Positions 40,575-52,901 of a stretch of DNA of 64,000 nucleotides are shown here, piece after piece. The notes beneath the pieces are model-generated. The model was not told the DNA's origin and searched no databases. It was given only the letters and a program-made list of their open reading frames with translations. The position numbers were made by a program, and so were the translations under genes. How positions within the stretch are numbered: the stretch's first letter is position 1; every line of letters starts with the position of its first letter. This stretch comes from Lenisia limosa (lineage: Eukaryota > Protista > Breviatea), in the NCBI GenBank assembly GCA_001655205.1, contig LPNZ01009878.1:62001-126000 (forward strand), in the 5' to 3' direction.

Positions 40575-41702
40575 ATGACACAGATCTTCATCTTCAGTCT
40601 TCTTTTATGTGTGTTCTGTTGTGGAGCAACAAAGTAAGATACTTCTTTTTCTATCTAGGCTTACCTTTGTGGTGTGTATATAGGTGGAACGACCACAGCT
40701 TACCCTCCAATAACTGACGAAGATGTTGTTTCGACAGAGTATTTAGCAGAAAGAGTTTGTGAAATATGTTTTCTGTTTGCTTATTGATTAGATTAATGCA
40801 AATCATACAAAAATAAATGCAACAAGGAATGCAATTCAGGACGTGATCGATCATCATGAGAGACGTTTGTCATTTATTTTCTTTAATCTTCAGGGATGGA
40901 CTGCTTTATTCGTGGGATTCCAGCCGATTACCCAGACCTAACTTCTACAATTTCAAATGTCAAGGTTTATACTGATAGAACAGAAGCAGATCTTACCCTT
41001 ATTGTAAGATGGGTTGAGGTTCAGTCGGAGAAAGTGTATCTTCTTTTCGTGTGGTTTTTTATTTTGAAAGAAATATTGAGTTTGTGAAGCATATCATATG
41101 TAGGATCTCAATATTGGCATTTTTGGCCTGAAGAATATTTGTGATTAGTATTTGAGCTGAGGTCGAGAGTCTTAATGAAACAATGCAATGTGATGTCAGG
41201 TCGAGGCAATCCTGGAAAGCGTTTTTTTTACACCTGTCTACCATTCTTAATATATGATCACGGAGTGGAGGCTTCTGTGAAATACTATATGATAATATAT
41301 GATATATATATAATATATAGTGCATTGTACAACAGGTATGATATATAGTGCATTTTACAACAGGTATGATATATAGTGCATTATACAACAGGTGTGCATT
41401 ATACAACAGGTATGATATATAGTGCATATCATATAGTAGTATAAACATTTGAATCCTTTTTTCCTTTCATCCTGATAGATGTGGAGCTATTACGAGGTCT
41501 CTTTTGGTATTCTATTATTCACTATTCTCAGGGCTCATGTCCTGTGGGTAAGACAAAAGCAACTTTTTCAAACCCGCAAATCTGCTACTTTAATTCAGGG
41601 TGGATCTTGACCCCTTGTGTTTGATCTAATATGTAATATGTTTGTCTATTTAATTGTATCTGCAGACTCTATATTCCTGGATAGGAGTTCTGATTGAGTA
41701 AA
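40575..41702 (+). CDS. Hypothetical small secreted protein encoded by micro-exons; model uncertain
   Basis: Signal-peptide-like MTQIFIFSLLLCVFCCGAT|gtaag, then short GT-AG-flanked exons (TEADLTLIVRWVE, DLNIGIFGLKNICD, GSCPV). Confidence 0.42.
41290..41432. repeat. Degenerate ~28 bp tandem repeat in an intron
   Basis: atatatagtgcatt(g/t/a)tacaacaggtatg recurs about 4 times. Confidence 0.8.
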
Positions 41703-41779
41703 ACATGGTTTTGAAAGATCCTGTATTCGCAGAATAGCTTAATTCCACAAATAAATAAATAAACGAAAACAATAACTTA

Positions 41780-43658
41780 TTACACATTCCTTGTTCCGTA
41801 ATCAGACTGATCAAATGATCCATAAGAAGACTCTGAGCTCAATGGTGACGCTGGCTCCTGTGTCATTTCTAGAAAGTAAACAGAGCCAAGAATCCTTCCC
41901 CATTTTTATAGTAATTGGGATAATACTTGACCTATTTTCCTTGGGAAATCACGTAGCAAATCGGTCAAGACTTATCCCAGTCACTGTATATCAGTATGAT
42001 ATGACAAAAATAGATGCACCACACTCAAGGCCTTCACATACCTTCAATCCACTCTCCCATCGCACTGACAACCGTACTTTCAGACTACAAATGTAATCTA
42101 CGTCAGAAAAACTTTACATAGTAGGAGCAGAACGATAATAACGTAGTGTGTTCATTGACGTAAAAAAATCACAAATGAGGGAGTGAACCCAATACGTCAA
42201 TAACGTGAACCACTGATAAAAGTGGTTTACATAATAAGAAGAACGTTAAAACTGTAATGGTTTAATTGTATACAGTGATGAATAATATTTCAGACATTTG
42301 TATTCATGAAGCAATACTCAGAAGCCCAATTTACATCTTTTTATTTGTTAATTAAGAGAAATTGAAAGAGAAATCCTGGATGGAAAAAAAGAAATATAAA
42401 AATGAATTAACTCACCATTGAATGGGTTGTTTGGGGTTCAACTTTTCTTGTACTTCTCACCAAATATGAGGATTTTGCAAGATCTCGCTTTGAGGCTCTA
42501 AATTATTATTCCACATCAAGGGATTATAGTAAGTAACAACAACAAACCTCATTTCTCTCACTGTACTTGCAGAAGTCCACGATGGTAATAATTCAGGATT
42601 AGGAAACAAAACTTCGTTCGGAATTGTTTCATTTTCATCAGTTGATTGGTCATAATCTATAAAATCAAACAACCAAAAAGATATGACCTGATTCCAACCT
42701 TCAAACTCATTTGTTTCTTCTGAAAACACCACCTTCCCTAACTGGGTGACAATATTAAAATAAAAACAGAAATAAATACACTAAATTGCTGACAGCTCTC
42801 TCAATATATATATGACAAAGCCACCTACCTCCAGATTTCTTCACAGAAGTCTGGGTTTGCATGTCACAGTCTACCAAGGTCAACAGAATATTAAAATGGA
42901 AACACATCTTGACTAACTCACCTAAATCAGATATTGAAACGGGTTGGCTCTCCAGGGGCGCAGGCTTCTCACATATTCTGCCAACGATGTAGTTATCGCT
43001 GAGGGAATGTTCCAACCTAAAGTTAGCAAAACACAAATACTGAACTAAGCTGTTCCACTTAAAAGCTTCTTGTACCCCATGCGAGAGAGACTCTCGAAGA
43101 AGGGGGTGGCTCCGATTGCAAAGAGAGACTTGAGACCACTTTGACCCTGAAACTAATTTGGTAAATAACCAGTACTCATATCGCGATAATAAAGACGAGT
43201 CATACCATGACGTCGTTGCTTGACTGGTTTATTTGCTGCCTCCAGCCTGAGGGTATTCATCCGAACAGTGTGGGGTGAAGGTGCATCAATAGTGTCAGAG
43301 GCTATGGCAGAAACTGAAAAGAGTTAGAATTAATAAGTGGTGTACTGTACTGAAGTCAAGGTAATGTCAGATTATTCCATTGAGAGGGATCAAAAACAGA
43401 AAGATATGAAGTCCCGGCTAACTTGAGCTTGAAAATGATGCAGCAGCAAATGAAGCATAATTTGGTCCTTCACCAATCTCCAACTCAGCTTCTTCCTCTC
43501 TGTATCATAAGATTCATGAGACGGATCAGAAATAATTAGAATATGCCCTTTTTTGGGGAAAGACCATACATTTCCACATCCTCCTTTTCTGAAATGTTGT
43601 GCTTCCCTTCAGGAGGCAGTGACAACAAAGCGGACACTCGCATTTGCTCCCCGTCCAT
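41780..43658 (-). CDS. Hypothetical multi-exon protein
   Basis: MDGEQMRVSALLSLPPEGKHNISEKEDVE, LRLEAANKPVKQRRHGMTRLYYRDM, GQSGLKSLFAIGATPFFESLSRMGYKK, SDNYIVGRICEKPAPLESQPV, GKVVFSEETNEFEGWNQ, ending EMTQEPASPLSSESSYGSFDQSDYGTRNV*. No family confidently recognised. Confidence 0.45.
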
Positions 43659-44178
43659 TTTGTCAGCAGTTTGCGGTTATTTTCTGGATTTCAAAATAGC
43701 TAGTGAGCTAGTGTGCCTCTCAGCACTCAGTTATCAGCTTGATGATGAGGGTGAGGTGGGGAGTGTATACTGCAAGCTGAGTTTGTGTTGGGGGGTTTGT
43801 GGGTGTATGCAAGGTGGGGTTACACCTATAGCACCTATTGTCAGTCAACCTTATAGCAGCCTTATAGTTGGTTTTAACTGGGTTTTGACTGGGTTTGGGG
43901 GTTTCGGTTTTGAGTTTGGTTGGGGGGGGGGGGTTTATCCCGGGCCGCAATTGCGCCTGTCCCCTTTTTTACCGATTTTGTGTTTTGTCGCTACTTCGCC
44001 ACTGTAACCGCAAGCTCCAAACCTTCTTGGCATTTATGTGCTTATGCACAAGATGTGTTGTTTGCAATACTCAATTTAGTTGTAACGCAAGGGAGAAATC
44101 TTATAAAATACAAATTAAAATGTATTAAATTAGTAATATAGTTCCAAAATTCCCAAAACATCACACCAAAACGTCACA

Positions 44179-46145
44179 TTAAAATTCCCAATTTTGAGGA
44201 GTGAACTCCACTCCTTCCAACCTAAAAATAGGTAAAAAAAAATATATAATAAAGACTACTTATCTATATAATGAAAAAACAAGGCCTACTTGTGGTCAAG
44301 GACTTGCTTGTCAGGCATCAGAATATCCCCTTTGCTGTTGAAAACTGTAATGTCTAAACGATGTCATAATATTAAAAATCAATAGGCCTCAATTGGTAGT
44401 GGGATGTCATATTTCCATATTTCAAATTCTATTACTCTCAAACAGTCATTCCCAATACATCACCTATTATTATTTGACCAATGAAAAGTCAAACAGAATT
44501 CCACAAACAGGATGCCGTCACGCCGTCATGCTCAACGGACTTCAAGGCAACGAACTCACCACTTCGTCCCGGTATCAGTTTAAGTGACGAAAACCCTCTA
44601 ACAGGAATAGCATCCTGTAACAGTTAGTCTCTGAAGACAGGGAATTATTACAAGACCTCCATTACCCAACATACCCCGACAGTAATATGCCGTACAAATG
44701 AAAAGTTTTCATTTGCCGTGAATAAGAGGTTTGTTCCACGAACTTCGTCAAGATCTAAAGATAAATAGACGTTTCGGGGACATTGTAAGGATCTTTATTT
44801 GTATTTCGCTTAGTTTTATAAAAAAGAAAAGAAGATATGCTCAACTTGCTTTTAGGGTGCATACCTTCATCATATGGCTCCCTAGATGCCCTTCTTGGGG
44901 CAAAATACCATTTCTAAAAGGTCAGTTAAATATGATTTCGTACAATTTACCTTTTGAGAAGCGTCCCACACTCCAGACTCGTGAAGCAAATAACTAGGAG
45001 GTATCAGTAATGGAAAAAAGGAAAAGACGTAATTGAAGTTCTCAAACTCACCCGGGGAATTCATATCCAGCTTCCTTTCTCATAGAATTGTAGTTATCAA
45101 CCCAGTTGATATTTTCTATTGTTCCAAGGGGTGAAATTGTCTTAATCCATTGAGGATGATCGTTAACATACTCCTAGAGTGTTACGGAAAGAAAGTAGCT
45201 TGGGGAAACGAAAGTGACCCCACAACAATTTACGTTATACAGGCGCTTACTCCTTTTGCAGTCGAGAACTCCTTGCCAAATCCACCAACAACCAATTTGT
45301 TGCCCTTCACCGTACACCATTCCGCCTTAAATCCTGAGGGTTCAATTAACGCCATTTTTGTTTGAAGACAAACGGCAACAGAGATTAGTAAAAATAATAG
45401 GTAACACTATAGTATACAGATACATATATCAAACCTTTTTCAACGTTTCCATCTCCGTCTCGCAAAATATAGCGAGCTATTATTTTTTCTGGAGTAACTT
45501 CATAGACTAAACAATTAGTTTTTACTGACTCTAAACAAGTGTGAACAATGGAGCAGAAGGACCCAGAATACCTATTCCTGACCTATCGTCAAATGAATAC
45601 ATCTTGTTATTAAACCAGCATAAATCACTCAACTCCATTCCTCGACCTCCTTCTGACAGCTTAGAGACCAGTTCAAACTAAAAATGAGCTGTGAGAAACT
45701 ACATACATGTACATACCACATCATGAACTTCAACATCATAAGCACCACTAGAGGGGTCTCTGAAAAGCTTCGCTCTAACAAAATTTGCCTTCCACTTTGT
45801 TGAATATTCATCCTAATACAGTCAGGAAAAATTAGATTCATTTAAAAATTGCACTTCTTACTTACTTTTCCTGGGACTTTGCTTGAATGATCCAAATCAG
45901 TAACCATTAAAATATTCCAAGGTTGATTTTCTGCGGGAACTAAAGGTCCAAATGCAGATGGGGGTTGCCTACATATTCAGCAAAATGAAAGAGCTTCTCA
46001 AACGCAATAGTCAATATCAAAATGTCACAATTTTAACTTTAACCACATACAGCTGCATGAGAAATGTGAACAGCAAGATTATGAAGAAGATACTCGCTCC
46101 TATCACAATTTTGTTCCGCTGCTGTGTCTGGACGGAGTTCATCAT
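44179..46145 (-). CDS. CANT1: Calcium-activated nucleotidase / apyrase (type II membrane)
   Basis: N-terminal [23 protein letters not shown]; TDLDHSSK; EGGRGMELS; [31 protein letters not shown]; [25 protein letters not shown]; [16 protein letters not shown]; [11 protein letters not shown]...VALKSVE; LEGVEF. Confidence 0.93.
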
Positions 46146-46463
46146 TTTCTACTATTACGTCAAATGGGACAAATTGTGAACAAAAATTATTCATTAGCTA
46201 ACCGGTTCAAACGAGCAGGCTAAGAACGAAAACGAAAGCACCTTTTCCTGGTCCACCCTAATCAACACCAGCTCAAGTCACCTTCAATAATCTCTTCTTA
46301 AATGAATGATCGGGGAAGAAAGGGTGATCATATAGATCCTGTTACTTTTTTAATTTTTGTAATTTATTATATTTTTTCACAAAGAAAAAAGAACAAGGTG
46401 TTTCTGTGTTATATTTGTTGATTCGTCTTCAGTTCACCTTCACTCCAGAGGCCAGTTAATAAG

Positions 46464-49400
46464 ATGGAGATGGAAGCAATGAAAGATCCCATTGCCTCAG
46501 CGGCAGCCCAAGCAGCAACATCTTCTGCTGTTATGGCTGTGTTCGGACAGAGTGCTGGCGCTGGTGACGATGCTCTTGATATGATGCCTTCCTTCATGCA
46601 TCCAATCTTTAATTCTGTTGAAGGAGCTCAGGATGATAAAGTAAGTTATTGTTCTAGTGTTTTGTTTCTTTTTTTTATTATTTATTAAATTAGGTCCCAA
46701 TGCTTCCTGGAATGAAGAAGACCTTTTACAATAATGACGAGTGGGAAGCTGCTGAAGAGATCTGGGAAACTAAGGACCCCGTTGCCGTTGCTTACTTTGC
46801 ATCAATGAACGAAATGCTGAAGAAGGAAGCTGAGGAAGAGGCTGAAGCGATGGAGCTTGACCAAAAAGCTCTTCAAAGGGAAGCTGAAAGTGCAAGATTA
46901 AAAATGATTGAATCGTTAAGGAAAGAAGGGTACGACCAGGCAGTGGAAGAGATGAAGAAAGTTGACAAAGTGCTTGAGGAGAAGAAGGTCGTGAGAATGA
47001 TCAAGGGAAAGAGAATGTTGAGAACCATTAAGGTTATTGAAGTTGCTCCAGTGGAAGATGTGGAGATAGATGATGAAGATTTCCTTACTCAGGTTGAATA
47101 TCTCGACAAACTTGGGATTCCCTACGAAGAAGAGGAAGAGGTGGTGGAGGGAGAGGAAGAGGAAGAGAACGCGGGAATCCCCGATTCCTTTGTTTCTAAG
47201 AAACGAGCTATCGCTGTTGTACCTTTTGCTGAAGAGGTGAGTCAAAGAAGGGTCTTTGAACAGCAGTTTGTTTTCCAAAGTCGTACTCGTGTTGTTTTCC
47301 TTCATCTTCTCCTTTGTTTTCAACTTTAAATAACCATTTTAGCTTGCTTACCGTGCGATTACTGACAAAATGAACCACCCCTCCAGCCTCAGAACAGTCC
47401 TTAGATCTCTCCACCCTGAGCAGGTTTGCCTCATTTTATCTTTGTGTTCTTTGATTTCGTTTTTCTTTTTCTACCACTGTATCTATTTTTGTTGATGATT
47501 TCTCCATTAAAATAGCTTATTGCCTTGAACACTTTACTTTTTCATTTATTGAAAACAGCTTGCAGCCATTGCTTGCCGTAGTATCCTGAAGTCTGCCCCT
47601 GGAAGTGCACCTCTTTTGAATACGGTCCTTCCCTCGGATGATTCTGGCGAAAGTATCAAGTCCTTCAAAGACCTTTGTAAAACAGTAAGCGTGCTTTAGT
47701 TGGTAAACTAAGTATTCGTAGAGCGAACTGTTTTATCCCTCTTACCCTCATATTTATCTTTTAGGCAATTCGCGTATGTTGTGCAGCTGCCTCCGAAAAG
47801 ACCACACACTTTACTATCAAAAATCCAACCGAAGAACAAATCTTGGCAAAAGTAAGGACGGGTCACCTGCTTTGTTGTGGCATGGACTTTTCAAATCAGT
47901 TCGAACATTCGTGGAAATATTGTAAAAATCGATAATGTATTTAGTATTGTCTGAAATAAAGTGCTGTTAATGTGCTAGTTATTTTGTGTTGTCGTTGGCA
48001 AAGTTGGATATTCGAAGCACTCTATTCTTTATTGCGCGTCATATTAAACGTGAATCACACCACTTTTGCCTCTTTTACTCCTTTCTCAAAATCGACTTAA
48101 GAGTCATTCTCCAAGGAAGGCCTCTTCCAGGCCCCTTCTTCGATAGTTAATCTGCTATTGGAGACAGCTTTTTGAAACCCTGCAGATATTTGGATTTTGA
48201 ATATTAATTTTCACATATGTGAACTATCTTTTCCATGGAGTGATTTTTTAACCCATATTAATCCACTATGAGATCAGATGTCCAACTGATATGATGAGGG
48301 TTCATCCCGAGTGTATCAGAGTATTGAGACTTGTCAGAGTGAATATGAGCAATCTAGTAGATATCAGCATATTGTTTTGTTTTAAGAAAAATAACATAAA
48401 TAAATTGATTACATATATTACAACTCAGGAAACTGAAACTCGTGTACCTAATGCCGATGATGTTGCTGAATGTGTTTTATCTGCTTGTAAACGAGTGACT
48501 GTTCTCATCCAAGTGGCCTTAGCAGGTTGGTATCTCACATTTTATTAGTATTACAAACTATGCCATTGTTTGACTTTCGCAGCTCATGACTTTAATTCTG
48601 CGCTGTCCTTCTTGACCAGCTCTCTCCCTTGGGTGGACAGGCTATCTTTTGCTGCTTCTTCAATCAAATCTCATGGCACCCTCTTCCCACCCAACGCTCC
48701 TAATATTAAAAAATCGTGGGTTTTTCAATTTTAATGTCAATCATGCTTCCACTAGTAACCCTGTAGACCTTTCCATGCCCCCTCATGCCCCCCTACCCTT
48801 CCCCATTTGCCAGTGTGCCTTATTGCGGTTTGGGTTGATCTGGAAGACAGCTTACAAACGTGCAGCTCTGAAGCGAAGAACCTTCCTTGGATGGTTTGTT
48901 TGTTGTTTGAGGACACTGAAAGCTTTTTAAAAAATAATCTTGTTGTAGACTGTTGCGTTAGCAGTAAGAGCGTTTGAAGACCGTCCGTTATTTTCCAATT
49001 CTATGGGATTACTCAGAGGTCGAATTGAGGTTTGTTAACAACTATAAATCTTATTGATGACTGATGTGTTGTTATATTGTTCATATTGTCAGGTCAAACC
49101 GCCAATTTTGGATGAGACTAATCTTGATGATGAAGAACGGCTTACATCGATCAACAATCCAGAAGGTTTGGCTCAAAAATGGAGGATACTTTTAGGCTAT
49201 TTTTTTCAACTATTTTTGTTCCTGTTATTGTGAATTTTCATTTCTTTAGAGCCAGAAGGAAGGACAGTTCAAGGACCAGCCTGGTTGCCGCCATGGGTTC
49301 TTGCTCAAAAGGAGTTCAGACAAGAAACAGAAAACAGAGTCCATGCACAGGTTTGTTTCTTGATTGGGTGTGTTTTATTTTGTCAATGGAAATAACACTC

Positions 49401-49651
49401 ATGTTTTGTTTGTAAAGCAAGTTATTTTTAATTAATAAATAGAAAGAGGTTTAACTTTCCAGTTCGGTGATGTCACTCAAGTGGAGTATGCTAAGAAGGC
49501 GGACCTCTGGGATCTGCAACTGTCTCAGCTTACCAGGCCCAACGTTGATCCTTGGAGTATGGAATTACCGCCTGAAGAAATAGCAAGGCTCAAGCGAAAA
49601 GAAGAGCTTCTTCTTAAACGTAATGCTGAACAAATGGAAAAAAATTCTTAG
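46464..49651 (+). CDS. Hypothetical protein with acidic, coiled-coil-like N-terminal half
   Basis: A 209-codon open stretch (46700-47329) rich in E/K, plus consistent downstream GT-AG exons ending ...RLKRKEELLLKRNAEQMEKNS*. No family recognised. Confidence 0.6.
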
Positions 49652-49929
49652 ACAGATGGAGGATTAGAGGGAGGATTTGCAAGAATATTATTTTCTGCCT
49701 CATGCGTAATTATTAACACTTAGTGGTGGTGTGTGGTGGTGGATGGACCTCAAGAAGCTCGGATTTTGAACCTCCGGGGGACCTTCATTTTTGTGGGTGG
49801 CTCTCTCAAACCGCTTCTGTGATGTGTTTTGTTTCTTGTAAGTAATATAACGTTTCAAATCATCATTCAGGAGGGAGGGTTTTACGTTTGTTTTGTGAAG
49901 CGGCAAGGAGAGTGAGTATTCAAAAAACA

Positions 49930-50450
49930 ATTATCACAAAAAAAATCACAAAAGAAATGATTAAAACATAAAACAAATAATGTTAGATATAGATATTAAT
50001 TGTATATATTTGATTAATAAAAAACTAATTTCAATAAACAAAATATTTCTATTAATTAATTATTTTATATTAAAGAACAATAATTGTATTACAACTAATA
50101 TATAGATTATGTAATATTTCAAAAACGTAAATGAAGTTTCAGAAAAGTTTCAAAATTGTCTAGCTGTAAAATGATGATTTAGTATACTTGTTTATATTTT
50201 GTCATCTATATATTAATTGTTTAAATATTTAGTATTTGAAAATATTGTTGTGGATATTTAATTTAATTTATAATAGTGGATTAATGTTTCAAATAGTGTT
50301 TCACAAAAGGCAAGCCTAAAATATTTAGGATTTGCCTTGATTATGTCATTTTTATATTAATTTTTTAATAATTTTAGTATTTGACACTATTGTTGTTGAT
50401 CTAAAAATAGTGTTGTTGATTAAATGGTGTTTAACAATATAATTAGGCTT
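49930..50450. other. Very AT-rich intergenic island between two convergent 3' ends
   Basis: About 500 bp dominated by A/T runs (e.g. aatatttctattaattaattattttatattaaagaac), much more AT-rich than its surroundings by inspection. No ORF. Confidence 0.7.
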
Positions 50451-50863
50451 TTCCTCGTGGTTGTATAGGAAGGGAGATTATTACGAGAGTGGATTGAATT
50501 AACTTTTTGGATAATTTTCTCTATATGATCTCATCATATCCGCCGATACACAAGGGAGAATTACCTTGTGTTCATAATTTCGACTTGAAACTTGGTCATT
50601 AGATATTTTAAAAAAAACCCCTCCTAAACGTTTCTCTGTTTCAATTTCGACTCAAAAGTCGGAGAACAACTCATATTTAAACAAAATTCTATATATTTAT
50701 TTCAAACTGTAATCAAAAGTTTGTGACTCGTTATCCATCGCTTGTAGCATTAAAAAAAACCTTAAACACTATCTCTATTTTCACTATCATTCTTGTCTGT
50801 TTTGTATTATTATTATTAGAAGAAGCAAGTTTGATAAAGCAACACTGCATTTCCTTAAGATCC

Positions 50864-52512
50864 TTAAGATTGTTGGGGGGTACTACTAGGGATGATACAC
50901 TCAGTCTCCGTGAGGACATATCCTTGTCTTTCGATAACAGGCTTGAAGAATGGATGATGCATGGCTTCAATAGCAGTTGGCCTCACTAAAAGTTACAACT
51001 GGTATGATTTTGAAACTCACAGGCAACGTCATATTGCAGCAGTTGTGATAGTAGATCAAGAGCGTCATCCTGAACAAGATCCATGTTTGTGGCATTTGTG
51101 CAGAGATCTCTCCAATCTCTTCTCGGGTAGCTGAAGCAATTAAGAGAAAAGAATAAACCAACGTTCCAAGGATTTTGTCGTATTTTGGAGATAACACAAG
51201 GTTGTATTTGCTGATGTATTTTTGAAGGTCATCAGTTCCCAAAACCTAAAAAATAGTGATAAAAAACGTAGTGGTTACCTTTGCGATCTTCACAAGCTGA
51301 TCAAAGTTATCTTTGCCTCTGAACATTGGATCACGGTTGAACACCATAGCTCCGAGCATACATCCCAAACTCCACATATCGAGAGAGTAACTGTAATCCT
51401 TAAACAATAAGCAAAACCTCCCATAAACTAACTTGGTGATCAGTCAAGAGTTCAGGGCCTTTATAGAATCGTGAAGCAACACGAACATTGTACTCCTTAT
51501 CTAGAGAATAATCCTGTGTTCACTAGGAAAGGAAATGTTTTATTTTTTTTGCAATAAAGCATGTATTTTGAACTAGGTACACACAGGAAAAGAAAACAAC
51601 ACAAAAAAGAAGCCAAGAAAAGGAGCAAACTTCGGAATACATTAAAAGAAAAAGAGGAAGGGAAGGGAGAAGAAGGGAAGGGAAGGGAAAAAAGGAATAG
51701 GAAAAGGAAAGGAAAAGGAGAAGGAGAGAATTAAAGGTACAGAAAATCTCATAGTAAAAAATAATGATAATAAAGGCATACTGGGGTGATAGAACTCAGC
51801 AAGGCCCCAATCAATAAGTCTCAGCTTCTTTTGCTTGTGGTCAATCATGACGTTGTGGGGCTTCACATCTCTATGCATAATTCCCTGGCTGTGACAGTAG
51901 TCAAGTGCCTGAAAGATAACAAAAAAACAACAAAGACAACATACCAAGAGGATTTGGAAAATATAATAGCGAATATCGTAGAGCTGAAACTGAGGATAGA
52001 GAACCTTGAAATCATGGTTATCGACCCATTCAAAAATCTGAACATGTTAATCACATAACTTTCTAAAGTGCCATCCTACTAAAGAAGGAGTTCTGCTGAC
52101 TGGATCACGGACAATGTCAAGCAAGTTAACAATATTTAAACCTCCTGAAACATTCTACAGAAAATCAAAATAATAAGAGTAACAAACTTGCAAGATTTTA
52201 ATCTCTCTTTTGATCTTCTTCTTTTTTACTGGCTTTAAGATCTTAATAACGCATTTTTGGTTGTTTTCAACGTTGACTCCAAGGAAAACCTGAAAATTAA
52301 CCAATCAAATAGAAACCCACATCTGAATACTTTCCTCTTCCAATTTTCTTGACAACCTCATATTTTGATTGATCACTAACAATTAGCAAAAAAAAAAACC
52401 CCCAAGTCACAGAGAGTGATTCATAATCCCAATATTCACGGGGACGGCTAGGATTAACATTAGGATATTGGCGAGCAAGACGCCATGAGTTTTTGTCGGA
52501 CTGTGACGCCAT
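50864..52512 (-). CDS. CSNK2A1: Casein kinase II catalytic subunit alpha
   Basis: [177 protein letters not shown]. Confidence 0.97.
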
Positions 52513-52901
52513 CTACAAGCCTAAGAGTCTTGAAAACAAGCTTTTTCATGGTTTAATATATCACTGGCCTTGTGAAGACTCTTAAAGGGAGGAAAGAAAG
52601 ATGGTAACATTTGTTCCCACTTACAGCGTTGTTTTAGTATCTCTAGTGCGCCTTCTTTCTTTCTTAGAAGTGCTTTGGCGACCTGCCTATTGAAAATAGT
52701 CAAAAAGGGAAAAATGTGCAAAAACGCCCCCATTTTAACTGCCGCCGCCGCACTTTGCCTCATAGCTCCTCTTTGGCTTCTTGCTTCCACCTCCACGCTC
52801 GTGCTTCATATTTTTTTGGTTCATTGTGCGAGCATTGTGTCGTGATTGTTTCTGAATATTTCTAAACGAAAAATAGCGTTCAGTACTGTGGCGCACAGCG
52901 T

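Noticed and set aside
40575-41702. ML/NPC2-like lipid-binding domain for the small secreted protein
   Set aside because: Only a ..ICD...GSCPV hint, and the exon chain is too uncertain.
41780-43658. Resemblance to a Rel-homology domain (PVKQRRHGMTRLYY versus PKQRGMRFRY; LESQPV; VVFSEE...GW)
   Set aside because: Only about 70 residues separate motifs that are about 180 apart in true RHDs, and the match is a few residues. It needs an HHpred/Foldseek hit before any claim.
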